A stretch of DNA of 38,625 nt from Rhizomicrobium sp. (GCA_035601715.1 DATNNS010000149.1:1-38625); one strand, 5' to 3'. Counted from the stretch's first letter, positions 18,428 through 29,262 are shown. Notes: a model not told the origin generated them from the letters alone. Translations and numbers: made by a program.

Positions 18428-19306
18428 ATGGCGAATACACTGCGCACCGGGCTTCTGATGGCGGCGTTGACGGGGCTGTTCCTTGTCGTCGGCTTCCTGA
18501 TCGCTGGCGGAGCGGGCATGGCGATCGCATTCCTGTTCGCGGCCGGAACCAATCTGTTCGCCTATTGGAATTCCGACAAGGTGCTGTTGTCGATGTATGG
18601 CGCGCGGCAGGTCGACGACGGCGCCGCGCCCGAACTCGTCCATCTCGTCGCCCAGCTTGCGGCGAAAGACGGGCTGCCGATGCCCAAGGTCTATATCGTC
18701 GACAATGCCCAGCCCAATGCGTTCGCGACCGGACGCAATCCCGAACACGCAGCGGTGTGCGTGACGACGGGATTGCTTCAACGCGTCGACGATGAAGAGC
18801 TCGCCGGCGTGCTGGCGCATGAGCTGTCGCATGTGAAGAACCGCGACACGCTGACCATGACCATCACCGCGACCATCGCAGGCGCCGTGTCGATGCTGGC
18901 GAATTTCGCATTCTATATGGGCGGCTACGGCCGTAGCCGAAATCCGTTCGGCATGATCGGGTTGCTGGTGGCCACGCTGGTGGCGCCGTTCGCAGCCGTG
19001 CTGGTGCAGATGGCTGTCAGCCGCAGCAGAGAATTCGAAGCCGATCGCGCCGGCGCCGAACTGTCGGGACGGCCGCTATGGCTCGCCTCCGCGCTTCAGC
19101 ACATCGATCAGGGCGCGGCCCAGATCGACAATCCGGCCGCGGACGCCAATCCCGCGACCGCGCATATGTTCATCGTCAATCCGCTTCATGGCGTCGGCTT
19201 GTCCGGATTGTTCTCCAGCCATCCCTCGACGGCGGAACGCGTCGCGCGTCTTCAGGCTTTGGCGGCGCAGATGGGCCAGACGCCCCAACCCGGTCCTTGG
19301 GGATGA
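18428..19306 (+). CDS. htpX: Membrane zinc metalloprotease HtpX (M48)
   Basis: [28 protein letters not shown]...ERV, and TM segments. Confidence 0.96.
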   Translation: MANTLRTGLLMAALTGLFLVVGFLIAGGAGMAIAFLFAAGTNLFAYWNSDKVLLSMYGARQVDDGAAPELVHLVAQLAAKDGLPMPKVYIVDNAQPNAFATGRNPEHAAVCVTTGLLQRVDDEELAGVLAHELSHVKNRDTLTMTITATIAGAVSMLANFAFYMGGYGRSRNPFGMIGLLVATLVAPFAAVLVQMAVSRSREFEADRAGAELSGRPLWLASALQHIDQGAAQIDNPAADANPATAHMFIVNPLHGVGLSGLFSSHPSTAERVARLQALAAQMGQTPQPGPWG

Positions 19307-20592
19307 GCGAGGCGGGCCTTCCCGCGCGCGCGGCGGCGTTGGAAATTCTGGGCGAGGTGCTGCGCAAGCGCCGCCCGCTCGATGCCGCCCTCGACGAGAT
19401 ATTGCCCCGCGCCGCTCTCGACGCGCGCGATGCGGGTTTCGCGCGCGCGATCGCGAGTGAGACTCTGCGCCGCTTCGGCCAGCTCGATGCGCTGATCCAC
19501 GCCTTCATCGCCAAGCCGCCGGCGCCGCATCGCTCCGGACCGACATTGGAGATTCTTCTGGCGGGTGCCTGCGAATTGCTGTTCCTCGACGTCGCCTCGC
19601 ATGCCGCCGTCGATGCCGCCAACAAGCTCGCCGCGGCCGACAAGAAAGCGGTGCACTTCAAGCCGCTGATCAACGCCACGCTCAGGCGTATCGCGCGCGA
19701 GGGCCGCGCGGCGTTAGCAGCGCAGGACGCCGAACGCCTCAACACATCGGACTGGCTGTGGACGCGCTGGTGCGAGAGCTATGGCGAGGACGTCGCACGC
19801 GCGATCGCACGCGCCCATGCCGCGCGGCCGATGCTCGATATCGTCCGCAAAGACAACGGCTTCGAGATTCCCGGCGCCGTCGCCATGCCAGGCCACATGC
19901 TGCGCCTAGCCGATGGCGGCCGCGTCGACGACATCGTGGGCTATGCGCAAGGCGCGTGGTGGGTGCAGGATTTCGCGGCACACTTGCCCGCACGATTGCT
20001 CGGCGATGTGCGCGGCAAGACCGTGATCGACCTCTGCGCCGCGCCCGGCGGCAAGACGGCGCAGCTCGCGGCGAGCGGCGCGCAGGTCATTGCCGTCGAG
20101 CGCGAACCGGCGCGGATGGCGCGGCTGAAGGAAAATCTCGACCGGCTGCAATTGCCCGCCGCGCTTGTCGAAGCCAACGCGCTTGACTACCAGCCGGATG
20201 CGCCCGCGCCTTTCGTGCTGCTCGACGCGCCGTGCAGCGCCACCGGCACGATCCGCCGCCATCCCGAACTGCCCTGGATCAAAAGCGCCGCCGATATCAA
20301 CACCTGCGTCGCGACGGCGGCCGAGTTGCTCGATGCCGCCGCCGCGATGGTGGCGCCCGGCGGCTTGCTCGTCTTCGCGGTCTGCTCGCTCGAGCCCGAA
20401 GAGGGTGCCGAACAGATCGCCGATTTCCTCAGCCGCGGCGAAAGTTTTGCGCGCGTGCCCGTCGCCGAATCCGAATTGTTCGGACTGAAAGAGCTCATTT
20501 CGCCGGCTGGCGACTTGCGCACGCTGCCCTGTCATCTCGCCGAGCAAGGCGGGATGGACGGCTTCTATGCGGCGCGGCTCAGGCGGTTATGA
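19303..20592 (+). CDS. rsmB: RsmB/Sun-family RNA m5C methyltransferase with NusB-like N-terminus
   Basis: ATG 19303 overlaps the htpX stop; [42 protein letters not shown]. Confidence 0.88.
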   Translation: MSEAGLPARAAALEILGEVLRKRRPLDAALDEILPRAALDARDAGFARAIASETLRRFGQLDALIHAFIAKPPAPHRSGPTLEILLAGACELLFLDVASHAAVDAANKLAAADKKAVHFKPLINATLRRIAREGRAALAAQDAERLNTSDWLWTRWCESYGEDVARAIARAHAARPMLDIVRKDNGFEIPGAVAMPGHMLRLADGGRVDDIVGYAQGAWWVQDFAAHLPARLLGDVRGKTVIDLCAAPGGKTAQLAASGAQVIAVEREPARMARLKENLDRLQLPAALVEANALDYQPDAPAPFVLLDAPCSATGTIRRHPELPWIKSAADINTCVATAAELLDAAAAMVAPGGLLVFAVCSLEPEEGAEQIADFLSRGESFARVPVAESELFGLKELISPAGDLRTLPCHLAEQGGMDGFYAARLRRL

Positions 20593-22635
20593 CAGCCGCC
20601 CTAGCGAATAGGCGATCACGAGATAAATCTTGCCGGTATCGGCGCTGAGGATGGTTGAGGCGAGCAAGCCGCCGCCGTCGCCTTCGCGGGCGCGCGCCAG
20701 CATCTGCTCGAATTCGTCCAGATAAGTGTCGCACGCTTCGCGGAAGCGGGCGCTCTCGCGGTAGAGCGTCGCGATGCGATCAACGCTGCCGGTATCGATC
20801 GATTGCGCCAGCTTGCGCGCGAAAACCGAGCGGTCGCCGGAAAGATAGCGCCGCCAGTCTTCCTCGCCCGGCTGCGTCTCGGCCATCATCGGATCGAGAT
20901 CGACGGCGAGATCGGCGAGTGCGGCCTGCAGCGCGCCCATCGCGGCCGCCGCTGCCGGACGCAATTCTTTCGCCCGCGCCTCGCCCCCTTCCGCCGCGGC
21001 CAGCAACGCGCGCATGTTCCAGGATTTGGCGCCGGTGCCCGATTCCGGCGGCAGCGGCAGCGATTTCCTGGGCCGCTGCGTCAGCTTGCGGGCGAGCCCG
21101 ATCAGGCCTTCATTTTCCGCCTGTTCGGCGGCAGGCGCATTGTCCTGCGGCAGCTTGAGGCCGCTGCGGGACGCCGTGCGGGCGTGAATCGTCGAGAGCG
21201 TGCGCGCCGACAGATCGAGGATCTCGTCGGTCTCCGATTTCACCATTTCGCGCACGCGCTGGGCTTCCTGCTGGGCGACGCCGGGCAGGGTCAGCAGATG
21301 CTTCTCCACATCGCCGACCGTGGCGGCCAGCGTGGTGCGGATCTGGTTGGCTTCGCGCGCGAGTTCGCCGGCCGTGCGCAGCAGCCGCTCGCATTCCGCC
21401 ATCGCCTCGCCGACCAGCGCCTTGGCGTTGGACTTCGCTTCCGAGGCGGTCTCGCCGATCAGCGTCTGGGCGCCGGCGCCCGCATCGTGCAGCGAATCCA
21501 CCAGCCGCGCCAACGTCGCGGTGGCGCTGTCGCTGGTCTCTTTCATGCGCTCGGCTTCGCGTCCGAAGCTCGCGGTCAACTGCGTGGCGCGCGCCGCCGC
21601 GTTGGCCATGATCAGCTCGAGCTGGCGGTCGGTCTCGTTGGCGAGGCCGGAGAATTTCTGCGCCTGGCCGCTCAGCGCGTTGATCGCCTGCTCCATCGAG
21701 GCGCGCTCGGCGCCGAGCGCGCCTTCGAAGGCGGTGCTTTCCTCCTTCAGCTTCTCCAGCAGATCGCCGAGCGCCGCACGGTGGCGCTCGTGGCGGCCGA
21801 GCAGGAATTCGGCGCGCGCCATCGCGGCGTCCGACACCGTCTCGATGCGCTTGGCCTGGCGGTCCAGTTCGAGCGCGATGGAATGCGGCGCCTCGGACGC
21901 CGCTTCCGCGGAGGCGCGGAAACTGGCAGCCTGGCTGTCGAGCGAGATGCCGGCGGATTTGAGCGCGCTCTCCGCGGTTTCGATGCTGGCTTTCAATTGT
22001 GCGGCGCGGCCGGCGACGACCTCGCTGGCGCGCGTCGCCACATCGCTCAGCGAACCCGCGACGGTTTCGATGCGTTCGCGCTCCTGCGTCAGCCGCGAGG
22101 CAACCGCTTCGGCGCGCACGTCGGCGCGCGCGCCGGCTTCGTCGAGAGCGGCGATATTGTTTTCGAGAACGGTTTCCAGAGCGCGCAGCCGCGAGAACGC
22201 GCCATCGAGTCCCGCATTCAATCCGTCGAGCTCGCGGCGCACGGCGCGGCCCAGCCGCGCAGCGGTGCGCGAGGCGGTTTCGTCGGCGGAGAACAGCTTG
22301 TCGGTCAACTCGGCCAGCGCTTCGGCGGCGACGCTCATCTGCGCGCCGCGCGCGAACGCCCAAGCCGTCACCACCATCAGCATCGGCGGCACGACGGTGG
22401 CGAAAGCGAGCAGCGCGATCTGCTGCACGTCGAGATGCGAAAGACCGTTGGGTCCGAGATAGCCCCACAGATACGCCGCCGCCGCCCCCATCCAGAACGC
22501 ACCAAGGGTCAGCGCGAAAACCAGGGCGCCGATGCCTTGCGGCGCATGACGCGACGGCGCGAAGGGCTTGGCCTCTTCGGCGAAGCTTTCGGCGGCGGTT
22601 TGCAACAGGACCGGCTGGTTGCGCTCGGTGGCCAC
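20587..22635 (-). CDS. TipN/GPR-like polar landmark protein (2 TM plus long coiled-coil)
   Basis: Two N-terminal hydrophobic helices, a long Ala/Glu-rich helical region, and a C-terminal W.RY..GDR.VF.RKL...Y.....FR...D.Y...FE.ML......D..G.L...LS.D.GKIY...GRL block recalled from TipN/GPR proteins. AAGGA RBS precedes the GTG. It lies near Hpt, FNR and fdx genes. Confidence 0.68.
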   Translation of the reverse strand: MATERNQPVLLQTAAESFAEEAKPFAPSRHAPQGIGALVFALTLGAFWMGAAAAYLWGYLGPNGLSHLDVQQIALLAFATVVPPMLMVVTAWAFARGAQMSVAAEALAELTDKLFSADETASRTAARLGRAVRRELDGLNAGLDGAFSRLRALETVLENNIAALDEAGARADVRAEAVASRLTQERERIETVAGSLSDVATRASEVVAGRAAQLKASIETAESALKSAGISLDSQAASFRASAEAASEAPHSIALELDRQAKRIETVSDAAMARAEFLLGRHERHRAALGDLLEKLKEESTAFEGALGAERASMEQAINALSGQAQKFSGLANETDRQLELIMANAAARATQLTASFGREAERMKETSDSATATLARLVDSLHDAGAGAQTLIGETASEAKSNAKALVGEAMAECERLLRTAGELAREANQIRTTLAATVGDVEKHLLTLPGVAQQEAQRVREMVKSETDEILDLSARTLSTIHARTASRSGLKLPQDNAPAAEQAENEGLIGLARKLTQRPRKSLPLPPESGTGAKSWNMRALLAAAEGGEARAKELRPAAAAAMGALQAALADLAVDLDPMMAETQPGEEDWRRYLSGDRSVFARKLAQSIDTGSVDRIATLYRESARFREACDTYLDEFEQMLARAREGDGGGLLASTILSADTGKIYLVIAYSLGRLS

Positions 22636-22668
22636 GGGGAGGTTCCTTCGATCAAGCCCGGGGGCACC

Positions 22669-22676
22669 TTAACCAT
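22669..22676. promoter_or_regulatory. CtrA half-site (TTAACCAT) upstream of the TipN-like gene
   Basis: Exact TTAACCAT 33 nt upstream of the start codon. Confidence 0.45.
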
Positions 22677-22755
22677 TCAAATCCTTGTCGGCGAGAGCTT
22701 CCTTGATTGCCCGATCGGCGCGACAATCAGCGCAATCGCACGCGAAAGTTGCCGC

Positions 22756-23601
22756 ATGGAAGCCAATCAGCCCAGCCGGACCGCCCAGGGCGCCGCCTTG
22801 CACCGCGCCGCCCATCAGCTGGTCGACCGTCCGCCTGTCTTTGCCGATCCGCTGGCGCTGCGCATCGTCGGCCGCGAAGCGGCGGGCGAACTGCGCGCGG
22901 GCCGCGATCCGCATGCCATGGCCGATCTGTCCTTCCTGCGCGCGTTCATCGCCGTGCGCAGCCGCTTCACCGAGGACTCGCTGGCCGAGGCTTATGCGGC
23001 CGGCGTCCGCCAATATACGATCCTCGGCGCGGGGCTCGACACCTTCGCCTATCAGCGCGCGCAGGCCTTCGACGGTCTTGCCGTCTTCGAAATCGATCAT
23101 CCCGCGACCCAGGGCTGGAAGCGGGCGCGGCTGCGGGAAGTCGCGATCGACATTCCCAAGGCCGTCACCTATGCGCCGGTGGATTTCGAACGCGAGACGA
23201 TATCCGACGGGCTTGCGCGTGCCGGCTTCGATTTCGGCAAGCCGGCTTTCTTCGCCTGGCTCGGCGTCACGCCTTATCTGACGCGCGCGGCGGTGATGGG
23301 CACGCTGTCTTTCGTTGCTTCGCTCAAACCCGGCAGTGCGATCGCGTTCGACTTCGCCGAACCGCCGCGTGCCGGCGAAGCCAATGCCGGCTTCCACGCG
23401 ATGGCCGCGCGCGTTGCCGCCGCCGGCGAACCGTTCAAGAGCCTGTTCACCCCGGACGATCTGGCGCGGTCGTTGCGCGAACTCGGCTTTTCGCGCATCG
23501 AGGATTTCGATGCCGCCGCGCTCAACGCGCGCTATTTCCAGAACCGCGCGGACGGATTGCGATTGGGCGGCCGCGGCCACATGATGCGGGCGGGCATTTA
23601 G
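22756..23601 (+). CDS. Class I SAM-dependent methyltransferase, LCM family
   Basis: ATG 22756; SRTA...A.HRA, F.DPLA, RSRF.ED, QY.ILGAGLDT, FEIDHP.TQ.WK, W.GVTPYL. It is the 3' part of track ORF 20803..23601. Confidence 0.9.
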   Translation: MEANQPSRTAQGAALHRAAHQLVDRPPVFADPLALRIVGREAAGELRAGRDPHAMADLSFLRAFIAVRSRFTEDSLAEAYAAGVRQYTILGAGLDTFAYQRAQAFDGLAVFEIDHPATQGWKRARLREVAIDIPKAVTYAPVDFERETISDGLARAGFDFGKPAFFAWLGVTPYLTRAAVMGTLSFVASLKPGSAIAFDFAEPPRAGEANAGFHAMAARVAAAGEPFKSLFTPDDLARSLRELGFSRIEDFDAAALNARYFQNRADGLRLGGRGHMMRAGI

Positions 23602-23660
23602 CGATTTTCCGCGTATCCGGGCGGAGCATTGGCGTGCTGTCCCGAATTGAGACAGGGTGT

Positions 23661-23675
23661 TTAACGCCGCCTTGA
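23661..23675. promoter_or_regulatory. Near-consensus CtrA box upstream of the Hpt gene
   Basis: TTAA-CGCCGCC-TTGA, one mismatch to TTAA-N7-TTAA. Confidence 0.45.
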
Positions 23676-23699
23676 ACGCTCAGAGTGCAACATCGCGCC

Positions 23700-24050
23700 A
23701 TGACAACCGTTCAGCGCCCCGTCGATATGGCTCATCTCGCCCGTTACACCGGCGGGGATTCGGCGATCAATGCCGAAGTGCTGCAGCTGTTCGATACGCA
23801 GGTGAACGATCTCGTGGCGCGGCTCAATTCCATCCTCGAGGCGCGCGATGCGAAATCCTGGAAGGAAGTCACCCATTCGCTGAAAGGCGCCGCGCGCGGC
23901 ATCGGCGCATTCGGCTTCGCGGACGCCGCCGCCGCCGCCGAGCCGATCGATCTATTCGCCGATCATGACGGCGCCGGCCGCGCCCTGGCCGCGCTCAAGA
24001 TCAACGCCCATGCGGTGCAGATCTTCATCCAGGCCTATCTGGGCCGCTGA
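23700..24050 (+). CDS. Stand-alone Hpt histidine phosphotransferase (ShpA-like)
   Basis: VD..HL..YT.GD.....EVL.LF..Q...WK...HSLKGAARGIGA, with the phospho-accepting His in H-x-L-K-G. Confidence 0.88.
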   Translation: MTTVQRPVDMAHLARYTGGDSAINAEVLQLFDTQVNDLVARLNSILEARDAKSWKEVTHSLKGAARGIGAFGFADAAAAAEPIDLFADHDGAGRALAALKINAHAVQIFIQAYLGR

Positions 24051-24151
24051 ACCACGCGACGCCGTGTCACGACGCCGCCATTGTTCGCGGCCGCGTTTGT
24101 ACATATATCGATGATGCTTTCCGTTCTTCCACAAAGCCTGATTGTGAATAG

Positions 24152-25177
<1,026 letters not shown>

Positions 25178-25189
25178 AGATGGGTTTCC

Positions 25190-25498
25190 ATGAAGATTAG
25201 GGCCATCGACCGCAAGGGCGCCGAGCATGTGCTCGAAGGCCGCGACGGCTGGAGCGTGATGGAAATCCTGCGCGACGCCGGTCTACCGGTCGCCGCCGAA
25301 TGCGGCGGGGCGTGTGCCTGTGCCACCTGCCATGTCTATGTCGAGGACGGCTGGTACGGGAAATTGCCGCCGCGCTCCGACGCCGAGATCGACATGCTCG
25401 ACATGGCGCTGGCCGTCGAACCCAATTCACGCCTGTCCTGCCAGATCACCTGCAAGGACGAGCTGGATGGGATCAAAGTCACCATCGCCCCGGAATGA
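25190..25498 (+). CDS. fdx: 2Fe-2S ferredoxin (adrenodoxin/Fdx type)
   Basis: CGGACACATCH...E.DMLD...SRLSCQ. Confidence 0.93.
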   Translation: MKIRAIDRKGAEHVLEGRDGWSVMEILRDAGLPVAAECGGACACATCHVYVEDGWYGKLPPRSDAEIDMLDMALAVEPNSRLSCQITCKDELDGIKVTIAPE

Positions 25499-25499
25499 T

Positions 25500-25536
25500 A
25501 TTATTGTTTTGCGATAATAAATAGCCGTGCTATAGC
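25500..25536 (+). promoter_or_regulatory. Palindromic operator overlapping the putative promoter of the 25562-28568 operon
   Basis: ATTATTG-TTTTG-CGATAAT (25500-25518) is a 19-bp palindrome with one arm mismatch; TTGCGA(25509-14)-N16-TATAGC(25531-36). Confidence 0.55.
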
Positions 25537-25561
25537 CAGCCGAAGTCAGCTGGAAGGCCGC

Positions 25562-26107
25562 ATGGGGTGGAAGGACAACCCGCAGAAAGTTCTCGCCGCG
25601 GCGGCGGTCCTGGCGCTGCATGTGTTTGTGATTGCCTTTCTTGTTCGCGCCAACCTCTCCACCGCGCCCTCGCCGCCAGAGCGCGAAACCATGCTCGTGC
25701 TCACGCCGCTGCCGCCGCCGAAACCCGCGAAGCAAAAACCGGCCGCGCCGAGCGTCGCAGCCACACCCTCCCAGCGCAGCACGACACCTCGGCGCGCCCT
25801 GGCGCTGCCGCCGGTCCCGCAATTGCCGGACGCCGCGTTGCAGGGACTTGGGGCGTCGCTAGGCTGCGGCGCATCGAACTACGACAGCCTCGATGCCGAG
25901 CAACGCGCGGCCTGCGGCCACGGGCCCTGGAGCTACGACCACGATGCGAAAGAGACCGCGTCGCTGGTCGTCAAGGCGCCGCATGTGATGAGCGCCATGG
26001 AGCGCGCCGAGCGCATCCGCAACACCGTCGATCCCTGCGCGGCCGAGAAGCTCACCCACCAGACCGACTGCATCTACAAAGCCATCTATGGCGACAAGCT
26101 GCCGTGA
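25562..26107 (+). CDS. Hypothetical membrane-anchored protein with His-containing TM helix, Pro-rich linker and 4-Cys C-terminal domain
   Basis: GGAAGG RBS; VLALHVFVIAFL TM; PLPPPKPAKQKP; two Cys pairs. Confidence 0.75.
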   Translation: MGWKDNPQKVLAAAAVLALHVFVIAFLVRANLSTAPSPPERETMLVLTPLPPPKPAKQKPAAPSVAATPSQRSTTPRRALALPPVPQLPDAALQGLGASLGCGASNYDSLDAEQRAACGHGPWSYDHDAKETASLVVKAPHVMSAMERAERIRNTVDPCAAEKLTHQTDCIYKAIYGDKLP

Positions 26108-26115
26108 GCGAGGCG

Positions 26116-27798
26116 ATGAGAATCCGCAAAACGTTCCGGTGCATCGTGCGCGCGACAGCGCTCGCTTGTCTTGCCTCGCAAAGCGCCTCTGCCGCCACGG
26201 ACTATACGCTGACGCCCCGCTTCAGGAACGGCGCTTTGGTCGCGGTCGGGATCGATCTCAGCCTGACGGCCGGCGCGGCGGGCCGCACAACGATTGATCT
26301 TCCCGATCACAGCGTGGGCCAGGAGCGACTCTGGCGTGGAATACAGAACCTGTCGGTCAGCGGCAGCCATGCACGGCTGCTGCCCGGCGGCTCGCGCACG
26401 AAGATCATCGTCCGCTCCGATCCCCATGCGCGCGTCGCCATCCACTACGACGTGGTGCAGGATTGGAAAGGCGCGCCGGGGCAGAATGAGGCGAGCTATC
26501 AACGCGCAGTTGTCCAGCCGGGCTATTTCCATCTTCTCGGCAGCACGGTTTTCGCGCTGGCATCATCGGGCGACAAGGAACCCGTGACCTTTCGTTTCGG
26601 GCCCGCGCCCAACGGTTGGACGCTTGCCTCCACGCTCGAGCGCGCGCCGCTGACGATCAAGGATATACGCGCGAGCGTAACGGTCGGCGGCGACTGGCGC
26701 GTCTTGCGTTCGGGACCGTTGCGCGTTGCCTTGCGCGGTGAATGGCACTTCAGCGACGCAGATTTCGTCCGCCGCGCGCGGGCGATTGTCGACACCGAGC
26801 AGGCTTATTGGGGCGATGCGCCGGCGCCCTATCTCATCACCGTGCTGCCGCTGGCCAGCAACGGCATCACCGGCACGGCAGGCGGCGAGGGTCTGGACGG
26901 TGGCTTCGCATTTTTCCTGACGCCGGCGCTCGCCAGGAGCGTGGACGACAGCCGCATCGTCTACGGCCTCGCCCATGAGCGCATGCACACCTGGATACCG
27001 GCCCAGCTCGGCGCCTGGCCCAAGTCCGAGCCGCAGGGCACCGCCTGGCTCACCGAAGGCTTCACCGATTATTTTGCCCGCCGCGTGTTGCTGGGCTCGC
27101 GGATCTGGCGCCTCGATGGCTATGTTTCGCGCTTCAATGCCCTGCTGCATGATTACGACGTCTCGCCGGTTAGAACGGCGCCGAACGCGCGCATCGCGCG
27201 AGAATTCTTCAGCAATCCCGACATCCAGCAGCTTCCTTATCAGCGCGGCTCGCTGATGGCCGCCTATTGGGACTGGCGCCTTCGCAAAGCGGCGATCGCC
27301 GGCGGCATGAACGCGATCATTCATGACATGCGGACGAGAGGGAGAGCGAGACCCGGGAAGACGGCGGACGAAAACTTCGTCGCTGCCATGGCGGCGCATG
27401 GCGTGGACGTACGCGGCGACATTACGCGCTTCATCGAACACGGCGAGCAAATCTGGCTGCCCAGGGATACATTCGCGCCGTGCGGAACGGTGGCGACCGC
27501 GCGCATCCCCGTATTCACCTATGGCTTCGATGCCGCGGCGACGGCTACGAACGGACAGATCGTCAAGGGCGCTGATCCGAACGGCCCGGCCTATGCCGCG
27601 GGCCTGCGTGACGGCATGAAGATCGTCGCGCGGCTATCGCCGCCCGATCTGGATTCGCGCATTCGCCGAGTCTATCGCGTGCTCGACCGGGGCAGAACGC
27701 GCGACATCGGCTATCTGCCGGCGGCAAAGACCAGCATTGCTGTCCAGAGTTTCATCGCCAATTCGCGGCAGGCGTGCAGCAGCGTGTTGGGCGGCTGA
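26116..27798 (+). CDS. Secreted M61/M1-like zinc aminopeptidase with PDZ-like C-terminus
   Basis: Signal peptide; HERMH zincin motif, WLTEGFTDY third ligand, PYQRG, GPAYAAGLRDG. It is the 3' part of track ORF 25567..27798. Alternative GTG at 26104. Confidence 0.85.
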   Translation: MRIRKTFRCIVRATALACLASQSASAATDYTLTPRFRNGALVAVGIDLSLTAGAAGRTTIDLPDHSVGQERLWRGIQNLSVSGSHARLLPGGSRTKIIVRSDPHARVAIHYDVVQDWKGAPGQNEASYQRAVVQPGYFHLLGSTVFALASSGDKEPVTFRFGPAPNGWTLASTLERAPLTIKDIRASVTVGGDWRVLRSGPLRVALRGEWHFSDADFVRRARAIVDTEQAYWGDAPAPYLITVLPLASNGITGTAGGEGLDGGFAFFLTPALARSVDDSRIVYGLAHERMHTWIPAQLGAWPKSEPQGTAWLTEGFTDYFARRVLLGSRIWRLDGYVSRFNALLHDYDVSPVRTAPNARIAREFFSNPDIQQLPYQRGSLMAAYWDWRLRKAAIAGGMNAIIHDMRTRGRARPGKTADENFVAAMAAHGVDVRGDITRFIEHGEQIWLPRDTFAPCGTVATARIPVFTYGFDAAATATNGQIVKGADPNGPAYAAGLRDGMKIVARLSPPDLDSRIRRVYRVLDRGRTRDIGYLPAAKTSIAVQSFIANSRQACSSVLGG

Positions 27799-27819
27799 GA
27801 GAAAAAAGGGAGAGAAACG

Positions 27820-28359
27820 ATGATTGTTTCCAGCCAATTGGTGCGCGCCAGCCGCGTCATGGCATGGCTTTCGCTCATGGGCGCCGTCATCGCGCCGGCT
27901 GCCGTGATCCTGTGTTTCCTGTTCCCCGATCGCACCCGCCTCCTGGACATGCGTATCAACCATCTGGGCGCCGATCTGCTGGCGGCCGTGCCGCTGACCG
28001 ACAGGGCGCTGGCGCTCGTCTTCGCGCTGGTGCCGGCGGCGATCGCGAGCTGGGGGCTGCTCGCGCTGGCGCGTCTCTTCCGCTGTTTCGCGCAAGGCCA
28101 GATCTTCTCGGCCGGCGCCTTGCGCGCGCTCAGCCAGGTGACGGCGGCGCTGTTCTGGAACGTGATCGCGGCGTTCGTGATGCAGGCGCCGATCTCGTTC
28201 CTGCTCAACTATTATCACGGACCGGGTCACCGGGAGATATCCCTGGGGTTCGGCTCGGATGACGTGCAGGTGCTGTTCCTGGCCGGCGCCAGCTATGTGA
28301 TCGCGCGCGTGATGGCAGAGGCGCGCCGCGTCGCCGAAGAAAACGAAAGTTTCGTGTGA
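27820..28359 (+). CDS. DUF2975-family membrane protein
   Basis: Four TM helices, F..G.IFS, and C-terminal IA.VM.EA.R..EEN..FV; translationally coupled to an HTH gene. Confidence 0.85.
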   Translation: MIVSSQLVRASRVMAWLSLMGAVIAPAAVILCFLFPDRTRLLDMRINHLGADLLAAVPLTDRALALVFALVPAAIASWGLLALARLFRCFAQGQIFSAGALRALSQVTAALFWNVIAAFVMQAPISFLLNYYHGPGHREISLGFGSDDVQVLFLAGASYVIARVMAEARRVAEENESFV

Positions 28360-28568
28360 TGGGGATCATCGTCAATCTCGATGTCATGCTGGCGCGCCGC
28401 AAGATGCGCTCCAAGGAGCTCGCCGAGACCATCGGCATCACCGAGGCCAATCTCTCGCTGCTCAAGAGCGGCAAGGTGAAGGGCGTGCGCTTCGCCACCT
28501 TGGAGAAGATCTGTACCGTGCTGCAGTGCCAGCCCGGCGATCTGCTGGAGCACCGGCCGGACAGCTGA
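28359..28568 (+). CDS. YozG-like XRE/HTH_26 transcriptional regulator
   Basis: IIVNLDVMLARRKM.S.ELA..IGIT.ANLS.LK.GK.KGVRF.TL.KIC..L.CQPGDLL; TGATG overlap with DUF2975. Confidence 0.93.
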   Translation: MGIIVNLDVMLARRKMRSKELAETIGITEANLSLLKSGKVKGVRFATLEKICTVLQCQPGDLLEHRPDS

Positions 28569-28641
28569 TCGATCCGGAAATCGGACGCCACATGATCGAA
28601 ATCTCGGGCGAATGCGGTAGATTGCCGCCGGAGGAATCGCC

Positions 28642-29262
28642 ATGGGCTTCTACGACCGCCATATCCTGCCGCGCTTCCTGAACGCGGCGATGGGCACCAA
28701 GCCGATCCGCTATCAGCGCAAGAAGGTCGTGCCGCGCGCCGAGGGGCGCGTGCTCGAAGTGGGATTCGGCGCTGGCCACAATCTGCCGTTCTACGATGCG
28801 GCGAAGGTGACACATCTGTGGGCGCTCGAGCCGTCGCGTGAGATGCGGGTGCGCGCCGCCGAGCGCGTCGCGCAATCGCCCATCCCGCTGGAATTCATCG
28901 ACTTGCCCGGCGAGCAGATTCCGCTCGATGCCGAGGCCGCCGATACGGTGCTGATCACCTATACGCTTTGCACCATTCCCGACGTGATGAAAGCGCTCGG
29001 CGAAATGCGCCGCGTGTTGAAACCCAACGGCCGCATGATCTTCTGCGAGCACGGCGAAGCGCCGGATGAAAATGTGCGCCGCTGGCAGCGGCGCCTGACG
29101 CCGGCCTGGAAAGCGATCGGCGGCGGCTGCCATGTCGGCCGTCAAATTCCCAAACTGATCGCCGATGGCGGCTTCCGGATCGAGGACCTGCAAACCATGT
29201 ATCTTCCCGGCACGCCGCGCTTCGCCGGGTTCAACTATTGGGGCCAGGCCGCCAAGGCATGA
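28642..29262 (+). CDS. Class I SAM-dependent methyltransferase (Methyltransf_11)
   Basis: GGAGG RBS; VLEVGFGAG.NL, TLCTIPD...AL.E..RVLKP.G, EHG, GGCH. Confidence 0.9.
   Translation: MGFYDRHILPRFLNAAMGTKPIRYQRKKVVPRAEGRVLEVGFGAGHNLPFYDAAKVTHLWALEPSREMRVRAAERVAQSPIPLEFIDLPGEQIPLDAEAADTVLITYTLCTIPDVMKALGEMRRVLKPNGRMIFCEHGEAPDENVRRWQRRLTPAWKAIGGGCHVGRQIPKLIADGGFRIEDLQTMYLPGTPRFAGFNYWGQAAKA

Noticed and set aside
20803-23601. 932-aa ORF suggesting a giant methyltransferase
   Set aside because: The first about 650 codons are antisense to the TipN-like gene. The real CDS starts at 22756.
25567-27798. 743-aa ORF fusing the hypothetical gene region to the peptidase
   Set aside because: The upstream part is an off-frame read of 25562..26107. 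The peptidase signal peptide starts at 26116.
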